The notes below the pieces were generated by a model. It searched no databases. It was not told the DNA's origin and saw only the letters and a list, made by a program, of their open reading frames with translations. A stretch of DNA of 63,969 nucleotides, the filler included, from Phoronis australis (Eukaryota > Animalia > Phoronida): assembly GCA_002633005.1 (NCBI GenBank). It is 9 parts of 9 records of this genome, joined end to end, with 100 filler letters (N's around TTAATTAATTAA, not from the genome) between each part and the next. Parts side by side here need not be neighbours in the genome. Positions count along the whole stretch, not along the records: positions 1 to 19,933 come from NMRA01000620.1; 8 more parts are not named here. One strand, written 5' to 3'. Both the position numbers and the translations under genes were made by a program. Below are positions 1 through 14,800 of the stretch, one piece after another (within the stretch, counting starts at the first letter, position 1; the number at the start of each line of letters is the position of its first letter).

Positions 1-541
1 AACTAAGCACAACAATACAATCTGGCTCTCTGATTGGTCAATTCAATAGAAAAGCGCCACCAAGTGGCAGGAATGTGCATCATATTTTGTGCAACAAAAA
101 CACCTTTTTTAAAAAAATGTGCAAGTGTAGACGTGGGAACTTTTTGGAATTTGATTTATAGGTATATTATCTAGCCACATAGAAAAAACTAGGTTGCCCC
201 CCCAAAGTACTCACAAGGATGAACGCTATGAGATCTGGCCCACCGACTAATTGTGTATATATCCCCTTGCTTCACGAGTTATAATTAGCGAGTGGGTGTT
301 GGTGTTGCGGAAAAAATTCTTCATTATTTCTCATCGACACATTTTTCTGAAATACTCTTACGTGGGGATATTTAATGGCTTTAAGCAAAGCAAACTACTC
401 AACTCCTTGATGTGGTATGTTGGTTGTCTTCTTATTCGTTTCATTAAATAATATCAACTGGAATTTTGCTTCATTTATTTTGCGGAAAATCTCATTTGTT
501 ACCTGTAGACATTTTACTTTTTCAGTTTCTTATTGTTTCAG

Positions 542-3500
542 AGCGAAGCCTTGATGACAATCGGCTCCGCGTTGCCTGACCTTTTGCAAATTACCAACTC
601 GGCGACATCCCAGGCAACAACTATTCTTCTTCTGTGGTCTGCAGGGCTGCTTGGTGGAACTGTGTCTTCAAAATATTTCTTGACTATGGACAGCACCCTT
701 CTGATGACATTGGATTTGATCCTGTTGGGAATTATTACCGCTGTGATCCCACTGTTTTCTTCAATATACGTTATGGTTGCAATGACTACAGTCCAGGCTT
801 TCCTTGCTGGGATATCGGGCGTGGGTAAGTTAAACATAATCACTTTTAATTACCCTACTCACTCGGGCTGACGCCAAGCACGTAATAAATAAAAAATTAA
901 GCCATTCAGGAGTGGGCGTTAAGCCAAGAATGTATTCGCTCGAATAACCGAACACGTTTTCCTGCAGACTGTTAGTTCCGACGGTTGCTCTACATATTCG
1001 TGTGCGTACACGGGTGCAGCAAAATGCGGCAGAGTACAAATATAGTCAGACTGGTGAAACAATGCGAAAGCTGGCTGTGTACAGGGGCTTTAGATTGGAA
1101 GTGAAAGCGATGGATAGGAAAATCGAAGTTGAGAATGTAGGGCCTTTGATTCGTTACCATCGTTAAAGCGGCCGTGAATATGACATTTTGAAGGGATTGT
1201 CTCTATCACTTTTACAAGGATTGTATCAAATAATGGATAAAAATGCAAATTCGGGAAGGGGTTTGAGTTTAACACGAAATATAACTTTCCATTTTTCGTG
1301 CATTCGTATAGCGCGTTATATGAGTACCGTGGCTCCAAACTGTAGTTGTGTTTTTATAAATACGAGATTATGAATCCATGTTTGATATCCAACAGTAATT
1401 AACTACCGTTAATCTTCCAATCAAAGTCGGGTAACATGGATGGCTAATTGCAATTCTTAATTTACAATGAGGAATATGAAATTATTCATTCTCCGTTATA
1501 GAGTGATCTCCACCATTTTGGCTATGTTACGTTTACAGTTTTGGGGACTTCACGCACTCTCTCTGAACCATTTTCGATAGCTGAGAGCAGTTTCCCAGAT
1601 GATCCTGGACCACGGGCATTGTCAACTCGCTGTGCTTTCAATATTTTACATTGTGTACAGATCGCCTTGTTTCATGATCCATAATTAGCGAGTAGACACT
1701 GGTGTTGTAGGAACAAATGTACATTACATGTATGTGTCACCGTCGCATTTTTTCCAATGTACCCTTACATGAGAATATTGAATGGCTTTGAGGAAAGCAG
1801 ACTACCCAACTCCTTGCTGTGGTGTGTTGGTTGTCTTCTTATCTTATTCGTTTCGTAGAAAAATTTTGATTGAGATTCTACTCCATTTATTTTGTTGAAA
1901 TTCTCAGACTCTTTTAAAATTGATATACTCATATGTTTTACAATTCTCAATGAATAGATACATTTTGTGCTCACCTCAGCTGTGCAAAACATGAGTGTTC
2001 CTTGTTCTTAGGAGGGACTCCTATCAAGTTATGATTTTTTAATAACTGTGCCAAATTATTTATATTGATTTAGTTTTGTCTTATATGAACTTAACTTGTT
2101 TGTTGATGTGCACTAGAGCAATACCGTTTGTATTCAAAATCCATTTCAACTGGAAACATTGATCGGAATTGTGAAATTCATCAGTACAGACTCACTTTCA
2201 ACCAAGGACGTTCTTTTTTAGTTTGTAAAATATCTCTGTCATTATCAGCAATCGACGAAGTGATCCTCGCCCTTTACGCTCCAAGGGAATGCCTAGACGG
2301 GGCGTCTGCAGAGGTTGAAGAGTTACTAGCGCTGTTGATCATTTGACAAGAAATAGCAGTTGTTAATGGCTCGGTACTACGTTCTCGGAAAAAAGATCGA
2401 CCGTGACTATCCAAATATTTAAGCCGGACCTGAGCACTAATTAAAAGATCTCAATCAAAATTCCGTAGATTTGAGAAAATTTTGACGAAAAGCGGATTAT
2501 AGTTGATATCAGTTTATAATGGCGTCGGTTAAGACGAGACGATGACCTGATTGGTTGAAGAGTGTAACGATGACGACATTGAGTGTTTGCTGTGATTGAC
2601 TTCGAATTGGTTGGCAGTGAAGATTACGATAATTATGGACTTCGGTGGGTCAGTCTACTGCATCACGAAACAGTTCGAGAATGTATATAAACAGTACACA
2701 CAATAAACATAAGAAAATATATATCCTACTTTTGAGTACTCTTATCTTTTGCAGGATTTTTAGTTATTTTAGTGGAAGTTGGTGAAAGGCATCGAACACA
2801 GCTCGTACAAGCAGACTACACCATCAGGTTTGTTGGACCCTTATTAGGCGCATTGATTGTGTGGCCATTCCAGTCAAAAGAAACAGGAGGAACCCAGTCG
2901 TGGAATGAGACGTCCATGTCTTATCTTCCCAACGATAAGTTGACTTCTCTATGTACGGTTAACTGTAGTCGATCAAATTCGCGTCACTGGACTGAATCCC
3001 ACATTCTTTACGGGTACATAATACTGGGCTGTGCGTGTTTTGTACCAGCTCTCTGTTTTTTCAATATATATTTCACGAAACTATCTAAAGATGAGGACAC
3101 TGCCAGAGGAACATCAAAAACAGAAAAGTCAAGGCCATCAAAACAAGTATTCCGTAGTCAAACAGCTGTCATGATGGCTGTTTTGGCGTTTTCAGTAGGC
3201 TTATGTTTCAACGCGTCTCAAACGTCGTTTTTAAATCTTTTCATTACGTTTTGCATTGAGTCCAAGGCAGACGTCACCAAGTCAGAAGCAGTCCTTATGA
3301 TGTCAGTCTGCTATGGCGCGTATACTTTTGGATGTATTGCCGCTATTTGGACGTCTAAGTTGATCGATTCATTTGTAATGATTGCTGTCAACATAACCGT
3401 CGTGACAGTTGTATTTCTGGTGCTGTGTTTTGCTGCCGAACGAAGCACGTTTCTCCTCTGGTTTTCAACTGTGTGCATTGGTCTTTGCTGTTGTCCAGTG

Positions 3501-3782
3501 ATTCCTTCCATTATCAGTTTTTCTCTTGGATACATAGCAGATGACTCAGTCATGGTGAACATTTGTGTAGCAGGCCAGATATCTGGAACCTTGGTTTTGC
3601 CACCGATAGTACCGCTCACGTTTGGTACAATTGGGCCTATGGCGCTGATGTACTTTTGTTTTGGCGCGATGTTTATTGCGCTGTTGCTCTTAATCCCGCT
3701 GTATCTCTTGACAAAATATTCAGCACAAGACAGGAAAACAACGAACGACGAAATGGTCTCAATCTTGGGTAGGAATAACTAG
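542..3782 (+). CDS. MFS transporter, MFSD4/NAGLT1 (sodium-dependent glucose transporter-like) family, copy 1; exons 542..824 and 2755..3782; first coding exon lies outside the window
   Basis: Acceptor tttcag|AGC at 542 (phase 0), donor G|gtaagt at 824/825 (phase 1), acceptor ttttgcag|GA at 2755 restoring Gly-Phe-Leu-Val. Many hydrophobic TM stretches. Motifs IGSALPDL, GPLLGALIVWPF and YGYIILG resemble the MFSD4 family. Paralogous to copy 2. Confidence 0.8.
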
Positions 3783-5394
3783 AGAGGAGTTGAGCAACGG
3801 GTCAAGTTTTGTTATGCGTGTTTACAAACGTTAATATACGAGGTTATGAATGCAACATCTTGTACAAAAATTCCTTTTATGAACATTAGAAATTGTTAAG
3901 TTGAAAATTTATCTGTTTAGCTGAAGAATGTGGAATTGGAGTTTTACTCGCCTCGTAATAGTCCTTACAGTCACAGGATTCCGTTTCCTTTTCTAACTCG
4001 GCTCTCAGGTTATACCTACATGATGCCGTTTTCGAAATTGGAATTTCAAGATCTGCCAACCCCTATTATCTCTGAAGCATTTTCTTGTTTGTAACGGAAG
4101 TTATGTGGTTGTAAGGAATATGGTGAGACTGAGTGATGTGATTAAAAAGATGCACCAGCTAAACGGTGCGAAATTTAGCATTTTGATATTGTGTATTGAT
4201 TATTTTTAATTTTAGAGTTGGTCAAGCAATATCAGTCACCAAACCCACAAAGGTACTGTTTCTGTCATGCAAATCGCCAGAGATGATTGATCCTCCATAA
4301 CTATTTACCTGGTCTCCGGTGACCATCGAAAAGGTGGTCACCAAACCTAACTCATAATTCGATTCGGAAAGTGACGAATCGCGTGCCACATTACAAGTTA
4401 TTTCTCCTCTTTTAGCCGATATGGCTGGCCACTTTTATAGTGAAGACTCGAAGGAAGTCGCTGCCCCTACATGTAGGTGTTTATTATTACGATGCAAAGA
4501 AACGATAATTTTCCTGTTTGCAATCTTTTCCGGTCTGAGTTGTTTAATTATTAAGAATCGCACGGGCAATGACTGTGGTCATAAATAACACACTCTTTTT
4601 GATGACGGCATTGGCAAGCACATCTCATTAAAAAAAGTTTAATATGTGACCATAGTGTTTTAGTTGGGTATCGTTCTTGGTTATTTATTCAAAACACCAG
4701 CACTTTCCATTCTCACAGTGACACACTGTAACCGATCAGTCTTTGTGGACAGCTTGACGCAGCCAGCGCAAAGAATTTCTGCAATCTTAGTCTAGATCGT
4801 GGACAAAGAGACATGGACCGACGACTCGCTTTCAAAACACACCGTGTTGTGGCCACAAGCGCAAACGTAAGGTAGAAATTTAAACTTCCGCCAGCTTTAA
4901 TTAACACCAAAGGATTGAACGTTTAAGCAGTGGCGCACTGTACTTAAGGGAGAGCAAAGGGGCCGAACCGCTACTGGTGACACGTTTTAGGCGTGATAAC
5001 CTGAACTATCACGCCCTTGGCCACAGCTCGAAATGACAGAAACGTAGTCCTTTTATCTCACTCTGACCAGAGGATTAGTTCATCGAGTGAGTCCCGAATT
5101 CAGCCGTGACTCTACCGCTGATGGTATGATATCGTTTAAGCGTACGCCAGGTGTGTTGTATTCGTGTTGTGTAGAGGCGTGCAGGTTTGTCAACCGTAAC
5201 GTAATACATGTGGCGACCAGAATTTTCAACTTTCGCACCTTAGCGTTACCTTGTAGCAATTCACGCAATGTTACCTGGCCAACAGTGTCATTTCGAATGT
5301 TACAAAGTTGCTGTACAAGCCATAACTTCAAAAATGCCGAAATGCAAGTTGAACAGATTAGTCGCAGCGGCCGACATGACAAAACAAAAATGAC

Positions 5395-5695
5395 GAGACG
5401 TTGGATATTAGTTACTTTGTTTTTACCAATGCACAACTGACCATTCCGAGGCCACTATGAGTACGACCCACCCTCGAATAGGGGCATTTTTAGAATTTCA
5501 GACAATGTGATCAGAGTATTTGGAGAGGTTGGAGCAGTCTTAGGTGATATGCGTAATGTATCTCCTCAGATACAGGATGAATTTATGGCGGATCATGTCA
5601 GGGAAAAATACTGAATATACTACGAAATGGTATTTGACAGCACACCTGGCGAATCTCATGTAGACCAAATATTGAAAATCATCTTATGTGAAAAA
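5395..5695 (+). mobile_element. Decayed hAT transposase fragment (ZMYM1/DUF4371-like)
   Basis: Across frames it reads ILVTLFLPMHN*PFRGHYE, NRGIF, SPQIQDEFM and YYEMVFDSTPGESHVDQI. These follow the order of the family motifs LFL..QNL.FRGH.E, NRGNF, SP.IQNE.I and FDSTPD.SH.DQ. Stops and frameshifts are present. Confidence 0.75.
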
Positions 5696-8600
5696 TGACT
5701 AGTGAAATACCATAACTGTATGTTGGTGTCCCGTTCTTTGAGCTGAAACCCAACGAACGTACATGCAAACCTGTTGACTGGAATCGGTAATTTTCAGAAT
5801 CCGTTTTTCTCACGTGTGTAGGCGAGGTCCGCTATATACTGGGGCTGATAATTGTGATAACATACATGTAAGCTAGCAAGCACATTGACGTCTTGAGAAA
5901 CGCAAAATTGCCCAACTCAAATCCAGAACGATCTTTGTGTTTGGTCGATTGCAACAAGAAATTGTCCGAATATTTGTGCGAGGGTTGCCTATCTAATTCT
6001 GAGTCGAGTGAGTTGCCGTTTCAATGTTTGTGCCGAGCATTAATTAAGGATGTATTTGCATGCTCTTAACTATGCTAATGTACAGCGGGAACAAAACGAC
6101 AATGTTATTTTAACATAATGTACATTAAAAAAGTGCAGTTGTATTCAGTGACAACTTGTAGATGTGAAACCAAAAAACTCGACAAATAGGTGACCTGTGC
6201 ATACTCCGCATCATACAGGGATATTCCCCAGCCCCACGTCACGACACTTACTGAGCACGGATCAGCGATTTTTGGCTGATCGTTTTCGCCACATAACTCG
6301 TTCGGCAATTTTCAACCTACGTCCTATTCACATAATCGCTATATGTTACAGTAGACTTCTAATTTGGCCAAGCAATCACGGAGATAAAGAATCAGCCTGC
6401 AAGTCCCACATTGAATTGAAATGCACGATTTAAAACTTGAATCATAGTTTTAGCCGACTTGCGTGATGTAGCGTAGCGACAGCTTTCACTGATTGCTATG
6501 ATTTGTTTGCTTTTAACATCAGGAAGGCATTACCAGGACCGGTAATGCTTTTTGAAAATGAATTAAAAACGTAGTTTTAAATGTTGGAGCTAACTCTTTT
6601 CGGGCTAAAAACCGTGCCCTGCCATTTGCATACTTTGGAAACCGTTGTTATGAAATTTATCACATTATTACGTTTAGCTCAATAATTCATATATACTTGT
6701 TCCAAGTCTCCATTTATTCCTGTACTTAAAAGATTTCAGCCCGATTATATTTGACACTGTCAATACATGGAAAAGTATGAATTCAAGAGAATCATACCCT
6801 GACTTGCTGGGATTTTTGAAACTCTTATAGAATCAGTTTAAGTTCAAGCAGAGCTGGAATGTGTGAATGCGGGACTGAATGTGCTTTTGTTTGTTTGTTT
6901 GATTTCTTCTCTATTGATTTCCATTGCTAATTTCTGTTTCTTTAAATAAACTTAAGTAGTAAACGAGTGCGCTACACAGGCAATGCAAACAATTTCTGTG
7001 ACAAAGTAGTCCACGGATAAATTACATATGAAGGATGACATTTCTAGAATGCATTTTCCGTAATCAAGTAAAACACTGGGCTTTAAATGACCAATGACGA
7101 AAAAGAGGAAAATGTTCTAGGTGATGTATCGTTTCACAAATAGGATTGTGTGAAAGAAATATATGGTGTATTGCAAAGTTTAATTGAAATAAACGTCTTT
7201 CCATGAATACAGTCACAATACTGAAAAAGATATGAAAACAAGGAATCGTAGGAAATCAAATAAGAGGAAATTGAAAGCAAAAAAGAGGAAATCCTCTTAA
7301 AAGAGGAAAATTCCAAGCCCTGAAAACATTTGTACAAATTGGCATATTTTTCCTTCCTCCTGCTTTAGTTAACCGAGTTTTGCCGTTCAAACTACAACAA
7401 AGTTCATTTTTCATTTTTGACGTTAGTTTTTAGTCCACATAAGTTTCGTAAAATGGCCGACCGAAAATGTTGGAAAGAAGAGTCAGTCGTTGTCCCTGAA
7501 ATACATTTGTGTTGCCTAATCCCCAAGCAAAAGAAGCCTTCGTAAATGAAATCGCAACCGGAGAGCAAAATCCAACTCTCCGGTGGGTTGTTCTAGAACC
7601 GCCCCGACCATTACACACTACGTTCCCTCGAGCCTCGAATCCCCTCGACCTACGACCCACAACCCCCTCGATCTACGACATGCGACAATAGAAGTATCTT
7701 TGCCATTTTACACGTTTCATAATCTTAATACGTCGTTGAGTGATTTTCGCATAACACTCAACTACACGAATGTGCTCAAGACTAGTGGTTAAAAACAGAA
7801 AGTGGCGCAAGAACATGATCTGAAATGGCAGATTGTGAGTGTGCTATCTTTGTCACGGAAATAGTTCCTTTAGCGGCTACCAATGGCCCTGTTCAAAGAG
7901 AGAGTGCGTTGACTTGTGTACACATAATTTCACATTTTTAGTATTTGTTTTCTTTCGTATGCTCGTTTACAATATACTTCATGTAACTTTGAGATGCTGT
8001 TTACTGTTAATAGTTTTTTTTTTCAAAATGCATTTACTGAAGAAATTCACATTCGTAGGTTCCTAGAGCTTTCCCAGAAATAGCTTGAATCTGTCATTCA
8101 CTGCAGAGCAGACGAGACGAATGTATTCTGTCGGGAACGACATTTTTAACGTTGGCAAGTCTTTGATTTGATTTGGTCGCATTATTTTGTTTCCTGCTTT
8201 TGGCTTTCAAACCTGCTGAAAGACTCTTCAAATTGCAAAAAATGCGCACAGTGTTTTAATACCAGCCAGACTCTGCTAAGCCAAATGTGAGTTGATCTAC
8301 AACACGGCTTTGGGTATTCTAGGTGGTGGATCGAGGGGATCGTGGCTCATAGGTCAAGGACCCTCTGACACAGTGCCACCTACTGAAAAGTGGCCCTGTG
8401 AAAACATGATAACGACACACGCAATTCCCTGTATGGGCATCAATGCGCATGCTTGGTTAGACGTTTATCGATCACATCGCCACAATTTGAACACACCTTC
8501 AATGCACTGTTCTTGTTTGGGCTTCGCCACGGTATCGGGGTTCCCTTGGTTTTGTTTACTTCGGTCACTGCACGTTTTTATGAATTGCAGCTATTATAGT

Positions 8601-11489
8601 CAAGGGTGGGCACCATACTGCGTAACAGCAAACTGAAAGGGGTTTCCCAGATTTCAGCCACTGGGAATGACTCAATGTTATGACGTCAGTTTCAAATGAG
8701 AAACCATGATAAACAACATTCCACAACGCTACCTTTCGTATCAACCCTGGTATAATAAAACATTTTTCACTTAAGTACTTATTACTTAATATGTTTGCAC
8801 GTACATGTCACATGCAAATCAAAACGTCTACATTCACTTTTTGCAATAATAACATTTGTTAACTTGATACCTGTGCGTCATAGCCTAACCATTTACAAAA
8901 CGGAAGCTGGACAATTTCTATTTCCTTCCTGAAGGTTGTACCCACAATTCTGTACCATAAAACACAATATGTGCCACCACAGAATCAAGTTAATTTAAAG
9001 GCTATTTTTACTTTTCTTTTTGTACCAAATTAAGGGCCATACTTGCCTGTTGGCCAAGAGTTCCACAACACGTTGTCCAGTTTAGCTTGCATGAGAAAAC
9101 ATTTCCAAGGTATTTATAGTAACTGCATGAACTTAAACTTAGCCCCGTTATAGAACCATTTTTGTTATTTTTCAGGAACCCGCCTTTTTAAAAATTACTA
9201 CATGTATATTTGATTTTTCGACATTCACTGACGTAACCCATGTTAAACAGAAATTTTCATTGAATCAAGCCTTCTTTGAAGTTGCACTGCAGTGTCACCA
9301 ACCAAGGTGACATCATCTGCAAAAGGTAACAAGAATACATTTACTGTATCTTGGTTTACATGTATACCACGGTTTCTATCAGACTCAGTGTGCTTCTGTT
9401 GCTAGTTCATTCTAATATACAATCAAAATAACACAGAATTAATCATGCAATCTTGACTGACACCTGTTCTACATTCAAGCGCATGGGCACTAACCCCTAG
9501 GTCACATTTAATTTTTGATTTTGATTTATCATTTGAATACATATAATGCTTTAAAAACAGAACCTGTGACACCTTTCGATATTAAGATGCAAAAGTTTGC
9601 CCACATTTATAGAATTGAAATCTTTACTGAAGTCAACAAATACACAACAAAATACTTTAGATGTACGTTTCAACATGTTTTTTGTATCAAGCCGTTGAGA
9701 AATGCTATCTACGGTTGAGTAGTATTTTTTACCTCGGCTTGTTCTTCAGTCAGAAAAGCATTTCGTCAACTCATAATTAATAGTGATCCGCCAGAGCTCG
9801 CTAGTGATCGAAACTTGGTCACCAGGGTCACACATCTCGTACACGTACCAAAATGGTATGGTCGGTAACGAGTTAGCAGACGTACTGGGAAGAGACTGAG
9901 GAAGTATTTGCCTAAGTTGGAAGGACTTAAGACGCTGTGCGTCTTCAAAGGTGATCTTCTACGCTCAAAACTCAGCTGTGGTTGTTTAGTTAGTGCGAGC
10001 ATAATTTGACGGAAGGCTTCCGGTGTGTGGCTGGCTTAGTTGTGATAGTTGCACAGTCTCGTGTCTACAAATAGTCGATAATTTCCTAACTCCGCCTGTG
10101 ACAAATATTTAGAGGAGTCAACTGGCATTTATCAGAGTATAGCCAAACAGTGTACATGTGACAATGAATTCGGAAATTTTAAGTCAAACGTTAAGGCATT
10201 TGTAGTATGACGCTTTTGTCGAAGGGCGATATAGCCCGATTCCCACATGTGAGTACATGGAGTAGATTCACATCAGCCAAGTTATCCTTAGGTCATATAA
10301 GAAGAGTCGTTCATGCGCGACAATTTTCCTTAGTCTATTTGCCCCTGGTTTCTATGGTGGTGTATGATGCATATTGTATAAACGGTTACAGTGCCTTGCC
10401 TTCATTATTGCATTCAAATGACGACAAAAGGTTGATTTTGTCACACTTTTACTCCTGTTTAGGACGGTACAAAGATAATTTGATATCTTGAACTGGATAT
10501 TCCTACGAGGACAAATCAACACATATTTGTGTTTAAAGCGGAATAGAGACAAGTGCGACGACTGAAGTGACAGCCCACGTACGGGATTTTTTACATTAGC
10601 TAAAATAAAAGTACATTTGCTCACTTGGTTGCTATGTGTCTGTTTATCATTCGGTAGTAGTTCTCTCCGCCCGGCTCCTATCCTCCATCGAAGATATTAA
10701 TCGGCAGTTTTAACCGCAAGAAGAATTGTAGTAATAATCCATGCTTTGTTTCTTGAATTCATCATGGCGTAAAAGCTACTAATAATTTTGTTATCCCTAT
10801 TTGAAATGAGCAATCCAATGATAATATTTGTGAAATTGTTTAGGCGGTCATTCTCTCTTAACGTATCCGGGTTGAAATTTAGCGGTCTGCATTGACCGTC
10901 AAAACAAGGGCAATAAACGAAATATGTAACTGGTGAACTAATGCTGTGAGGATATAGGCGTCAACTGTCATGCATTGTACGTGTAACTGCGAATATTTTA
11001 AAATGAGATGTGCACTGGATATAGACGTTTATTCGTAGTTGTTCCGACATGCACGCCAATCTGTAAAACTTCATGGACGTCAATGATATCGCAACTCGGT
11101 TTACAAAACATCTTCCAACATACGTGTCAAATAGTCAAGTGATGGTAAGAGTGCGAGAACACTCCCAGGTGAACGAGTACGCCTAATTTACATGCAAAAG
11201 AGGTCACACAATGAGAATTACAATAGACCTCAATAGGTACGGCGTGCAACATGGTCAGGCGTTACGATGTATACAAAACATATAAAATAGATGGCGCAGT
11301 CATCGTTACAGTGCGCTGACAAAAGTCTCGGGAATTTCTGCAGACAAACTACTCCTAACGCACGTAAACTAATGGTAGCAATACGCTTTGCATTCATGTT
11401 GTCGGATTGTTGGCGGACATTATCTGCCTCTTGTCTCCATTACCAAATTATCTACTTTCCCTTAGCACCACATACACATTGAATGACCT

Positions 11490-11642
11490 GGCGTGCGTTC
11501 AGTAGACGCTAGGACCTACGCTAGGACCTAGCTAAAACCTAGTCAAAGTCACGTGTTCTCATTTAAAATGCACGGCAATATCTCACGTAATCTCACGAAG
11601 TCTTGCTTTTTAGCGAGGTCCTAGCGTTACTGAACGGGAGGC
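11490..11642. mobile_element. Small MITE with imperfect terminal inverted repeats
   Basis: Left end cgttcagtagacgctaggacct; right end aggtcctagcgttactgaacg is its reverse complement apart from one indel. Confidence 0.55.
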
Positions 11643-11811
11643 GGTTTTTTTTTCCACCATGTGGCCATAAAAGCGTCAATGTTGTCACGCATCTTTGTGA
11701 AAAGAACAACAAAAACTAATAGCGGGTATTGTTTTGATACACCTTTTAGTCAGAGAATGGCGATCTTTAATTCTAATGACGTTATTTTGGTTTAACTTTC
11801 AGATTTGACAG

Positions 11812-14800
11812 ATGTGTGCTTCCCTAGATCGAGAAGATAGCGACATCTCGAGTGAATATAGTAGACTGGATATCTTTGTGATATTTACCTGCTTCCTTGG
11901 TACATTCATACGAGTAAGTAATGTTCATTGTTGTTTCCATAATGATGACTCTTAAAATGTATGCACGGTTGGTATTCCCATGCCAAAACGGGGCTTGACC
12001 TTGGACTTCGCCTGGCAAGCTCAAGTTGCGTTCGTGAACGTAACTGGTAACAGTTCGAAGAATTGACCTATCGCCAGGATTTTGAGTGACGGCTTAACTG
12101 ACCATTTAGAAAGCAGCATTATTGACACACCTTCGTTTCCAAACCGCCATTTTACCCGACAAACAACATGTTGCCGGGTAAAACTTATTGCTTGTTAGTC
12201 GACATTACGCAAAGGCCGGAGCTTGCGATAGGTCAATTTCCAGTGCTTTCGTGATCCCCAATAAGGTATCAGATAATGCCTGCGAGCATATCCTGCCTGT
12301 AGAAAGTTATTGAAGATGCAACAAGAATAGGCGAGACCAAAATCACTGGAGTCTCCGCAACCAGTATATAATCAATGTTGATAATTTCCTCCGTAGTGCA
12401 CTTATACGAGATTTTCTGGCAATTGTTTTATTGAATTTCAGAACGTATCTCCATTAGGGACCTTTCAGAATGTGGACCTATCTCGCCACGTGCTGTAATT
12501 ATGCCACCCGTTCCTTGGTTCGACTTACGGTTCTCAATATTTTTTTGAGATTTTCTGTTCATTTTTCATTGACTACACCTCGCTGCACTTTATTCTATTG
12601 CTATCTGCTCAGTCGACTGATACGAAAGTCAAACGATACATGTACATGTGTCAAGTGTCTTTAGGCTAAGAGTTCGTTTCATGAATACTGACTCTTGACT
12701 TAAGACCAAAACTTGTCTAAGTTTAAACAGAAACTCGGACTAAGACCGAAAACAAAAATGCAAACCACTATTTCGTGAACACGGTGTAGATTGTTGGTCT
12801 TCGGTCTTAGCTTGGACAGAAATTAAGTCGTTTTAGGCATAGGTGGACATACAAAATACTCTTTGGCCCCCTGTTGCAAATTTACAAAACTTTGCGAGGT
12901 GGTTTGTGAAATACGGTTTCAAATATAGTGTGCTCTTTAAACTCTGAATGGGGATTCGTTTAAATTTTGGATACGACTGGGATCTATCGTCTTTGCTTTT
13001 GAACGCCCTGGTATGGCTAGAAATGTTTCACATGTGCCACATTGCAGTTTGATGAAGTTATCAATGCAACTGTGGAAGCAGCTATCGTCGGTGAAGACGA
13101 GAAGAAACTTCAGTTAATGGCGTGTTTAATATATGCAGTAGGAAGAGACGGATTTGGTACCCTTACCAGAAGACCAACAAAGGAGCGTCATCTAAGCAGA
13201 CGCCGGAAGCGAGTAGTTGACACACGAACGGAATAAAGGACCTTGAAGAAATAGTTAATACGGTCAAATATAGAGGAAAAGCAGGGAATCTCTGGCCTAC
13301 GGAAGATTCAGCATGACAAACTTAGTGCCTTGCAAAAGACTGGGAACATCCGTAAGAAGAGGAAAGCAAGGCAAGATCCTGAGCAAGATTTATCCGGAAC
13401 CCATGTCAGTACTCTTCACACCTGCTAGATGGGTAAAGGGAGGAATAGTGAGCAGTACCAAGGAAGAAACCAAGTTAGTTCTCCATCAGACACACTCATA
13501 TCAAGCAACATTGGCCTCATTAGGTGACCACGAGCCAATTCAACGCGCAGATCAACCAACGCAGGCTCTGGACACCGATGAACCTACGTGGAGGTTAATT
13601 AGTGTCAGATATGACCAGAGAAGCAAGGGAGAAGTAAACGAGGGCCAAGCGGGGTTTCTTTTAGGTTTCACAAGGCGTTTCAATGTTAGCAAGAAGTCTC
13701 TGAAAACTTATCAAAGTGATCTGGACGCATTCCACCATGTTGGCGTCCAGCTGAAGATGTTTTATCCCGAAGGAAAAGGCTTCAAAGGTGGTTACATGTC
13801 AGCACATTCTCATTATTCAACGTGAAAGGACAGATATGCAGCTCAGTACCGTCGAGACAAATAGTAGCGTTCATGGTTGCCAACAAGGGCATCATATCAG
13901 AAGGGCGGAGTACCTGGATTCTCCGGATGAGTGGAGGGGTATTTCCAAATCTTTTATCGTTATACGTATTATTCATCAAGCAAACTTTTCTTTGGACTCC
14001 ATACGCCTACATGATGGTAGCAAAACGAACATGCAGCGTCGTCTACTCGATTTTCTTTACGTTTGTCGGCTCGTGTCGCCGTCTTTGACACAGCCGAGGA
14101 AGAGCATCCAAATCCTTGGGAAGAAAGGTGTCCTGGCCAAATGTAACGTTTTGAGACCTACAGGTGCTATGTACAGACATTTTATTTTATTTTTCCAGAT
14201 ATTTATTATCATTTATAAACAAGTACAAAAAGCTAACAAACAAATAAGTACATCCATTCATTCACGCATGCACACCTCAGGAGAGACCATTTTCGTATCT
14301 CGTATAAAATAAACAACGTCTACATGGAGTTAACGTGAACAATGAAATTTTCCCATTTCGTAGAGAAGCTGTCAAAAACAAAGTTTTTACATGCATTTAA
14401 ATTTTCAGCATTATAGTAATCATAAGTATATGTACCAAACCTGAAAGAATTAAGCATATTTTTGTGACATCTCTCCTTGTACAGTTTGGCTTTTAGAAGC
14501 AAAATGTTAAATAGAAAATTGTGCGTCTCACAGAGTCCAGGAAAAACACATTCGTAAGAGGGACTGTTGGGAAACTGAATGCGACACTATTGCATTAGCT
14601 TTCCGAATTCCTTGCAGAAATCTTGTACAAGGCGACATTCCCAAAAAAGGTGTGATAGCGTCTCTGGAGCTTTGTTACAAAAGGAAGTATTTGTTGCATA
14701 CTTTTTAGTTGTTAATGTTGTTACTTTTTTCAGAGCACGGCCTTTTTGACAATCGGTTCTGCATTGCACGACCTTATGCAAATCACCAACTCGGCGACAT

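Noticed and set aside
3311-3619. Antisense ORFs conserved in both MFS copies (538..843, 3311..3619, 14802..15041, 18621..18980)
   Set aside because: These are shadows of the hydrophobic sense-strand coding sequence; their conservation follows from the gene duplication.
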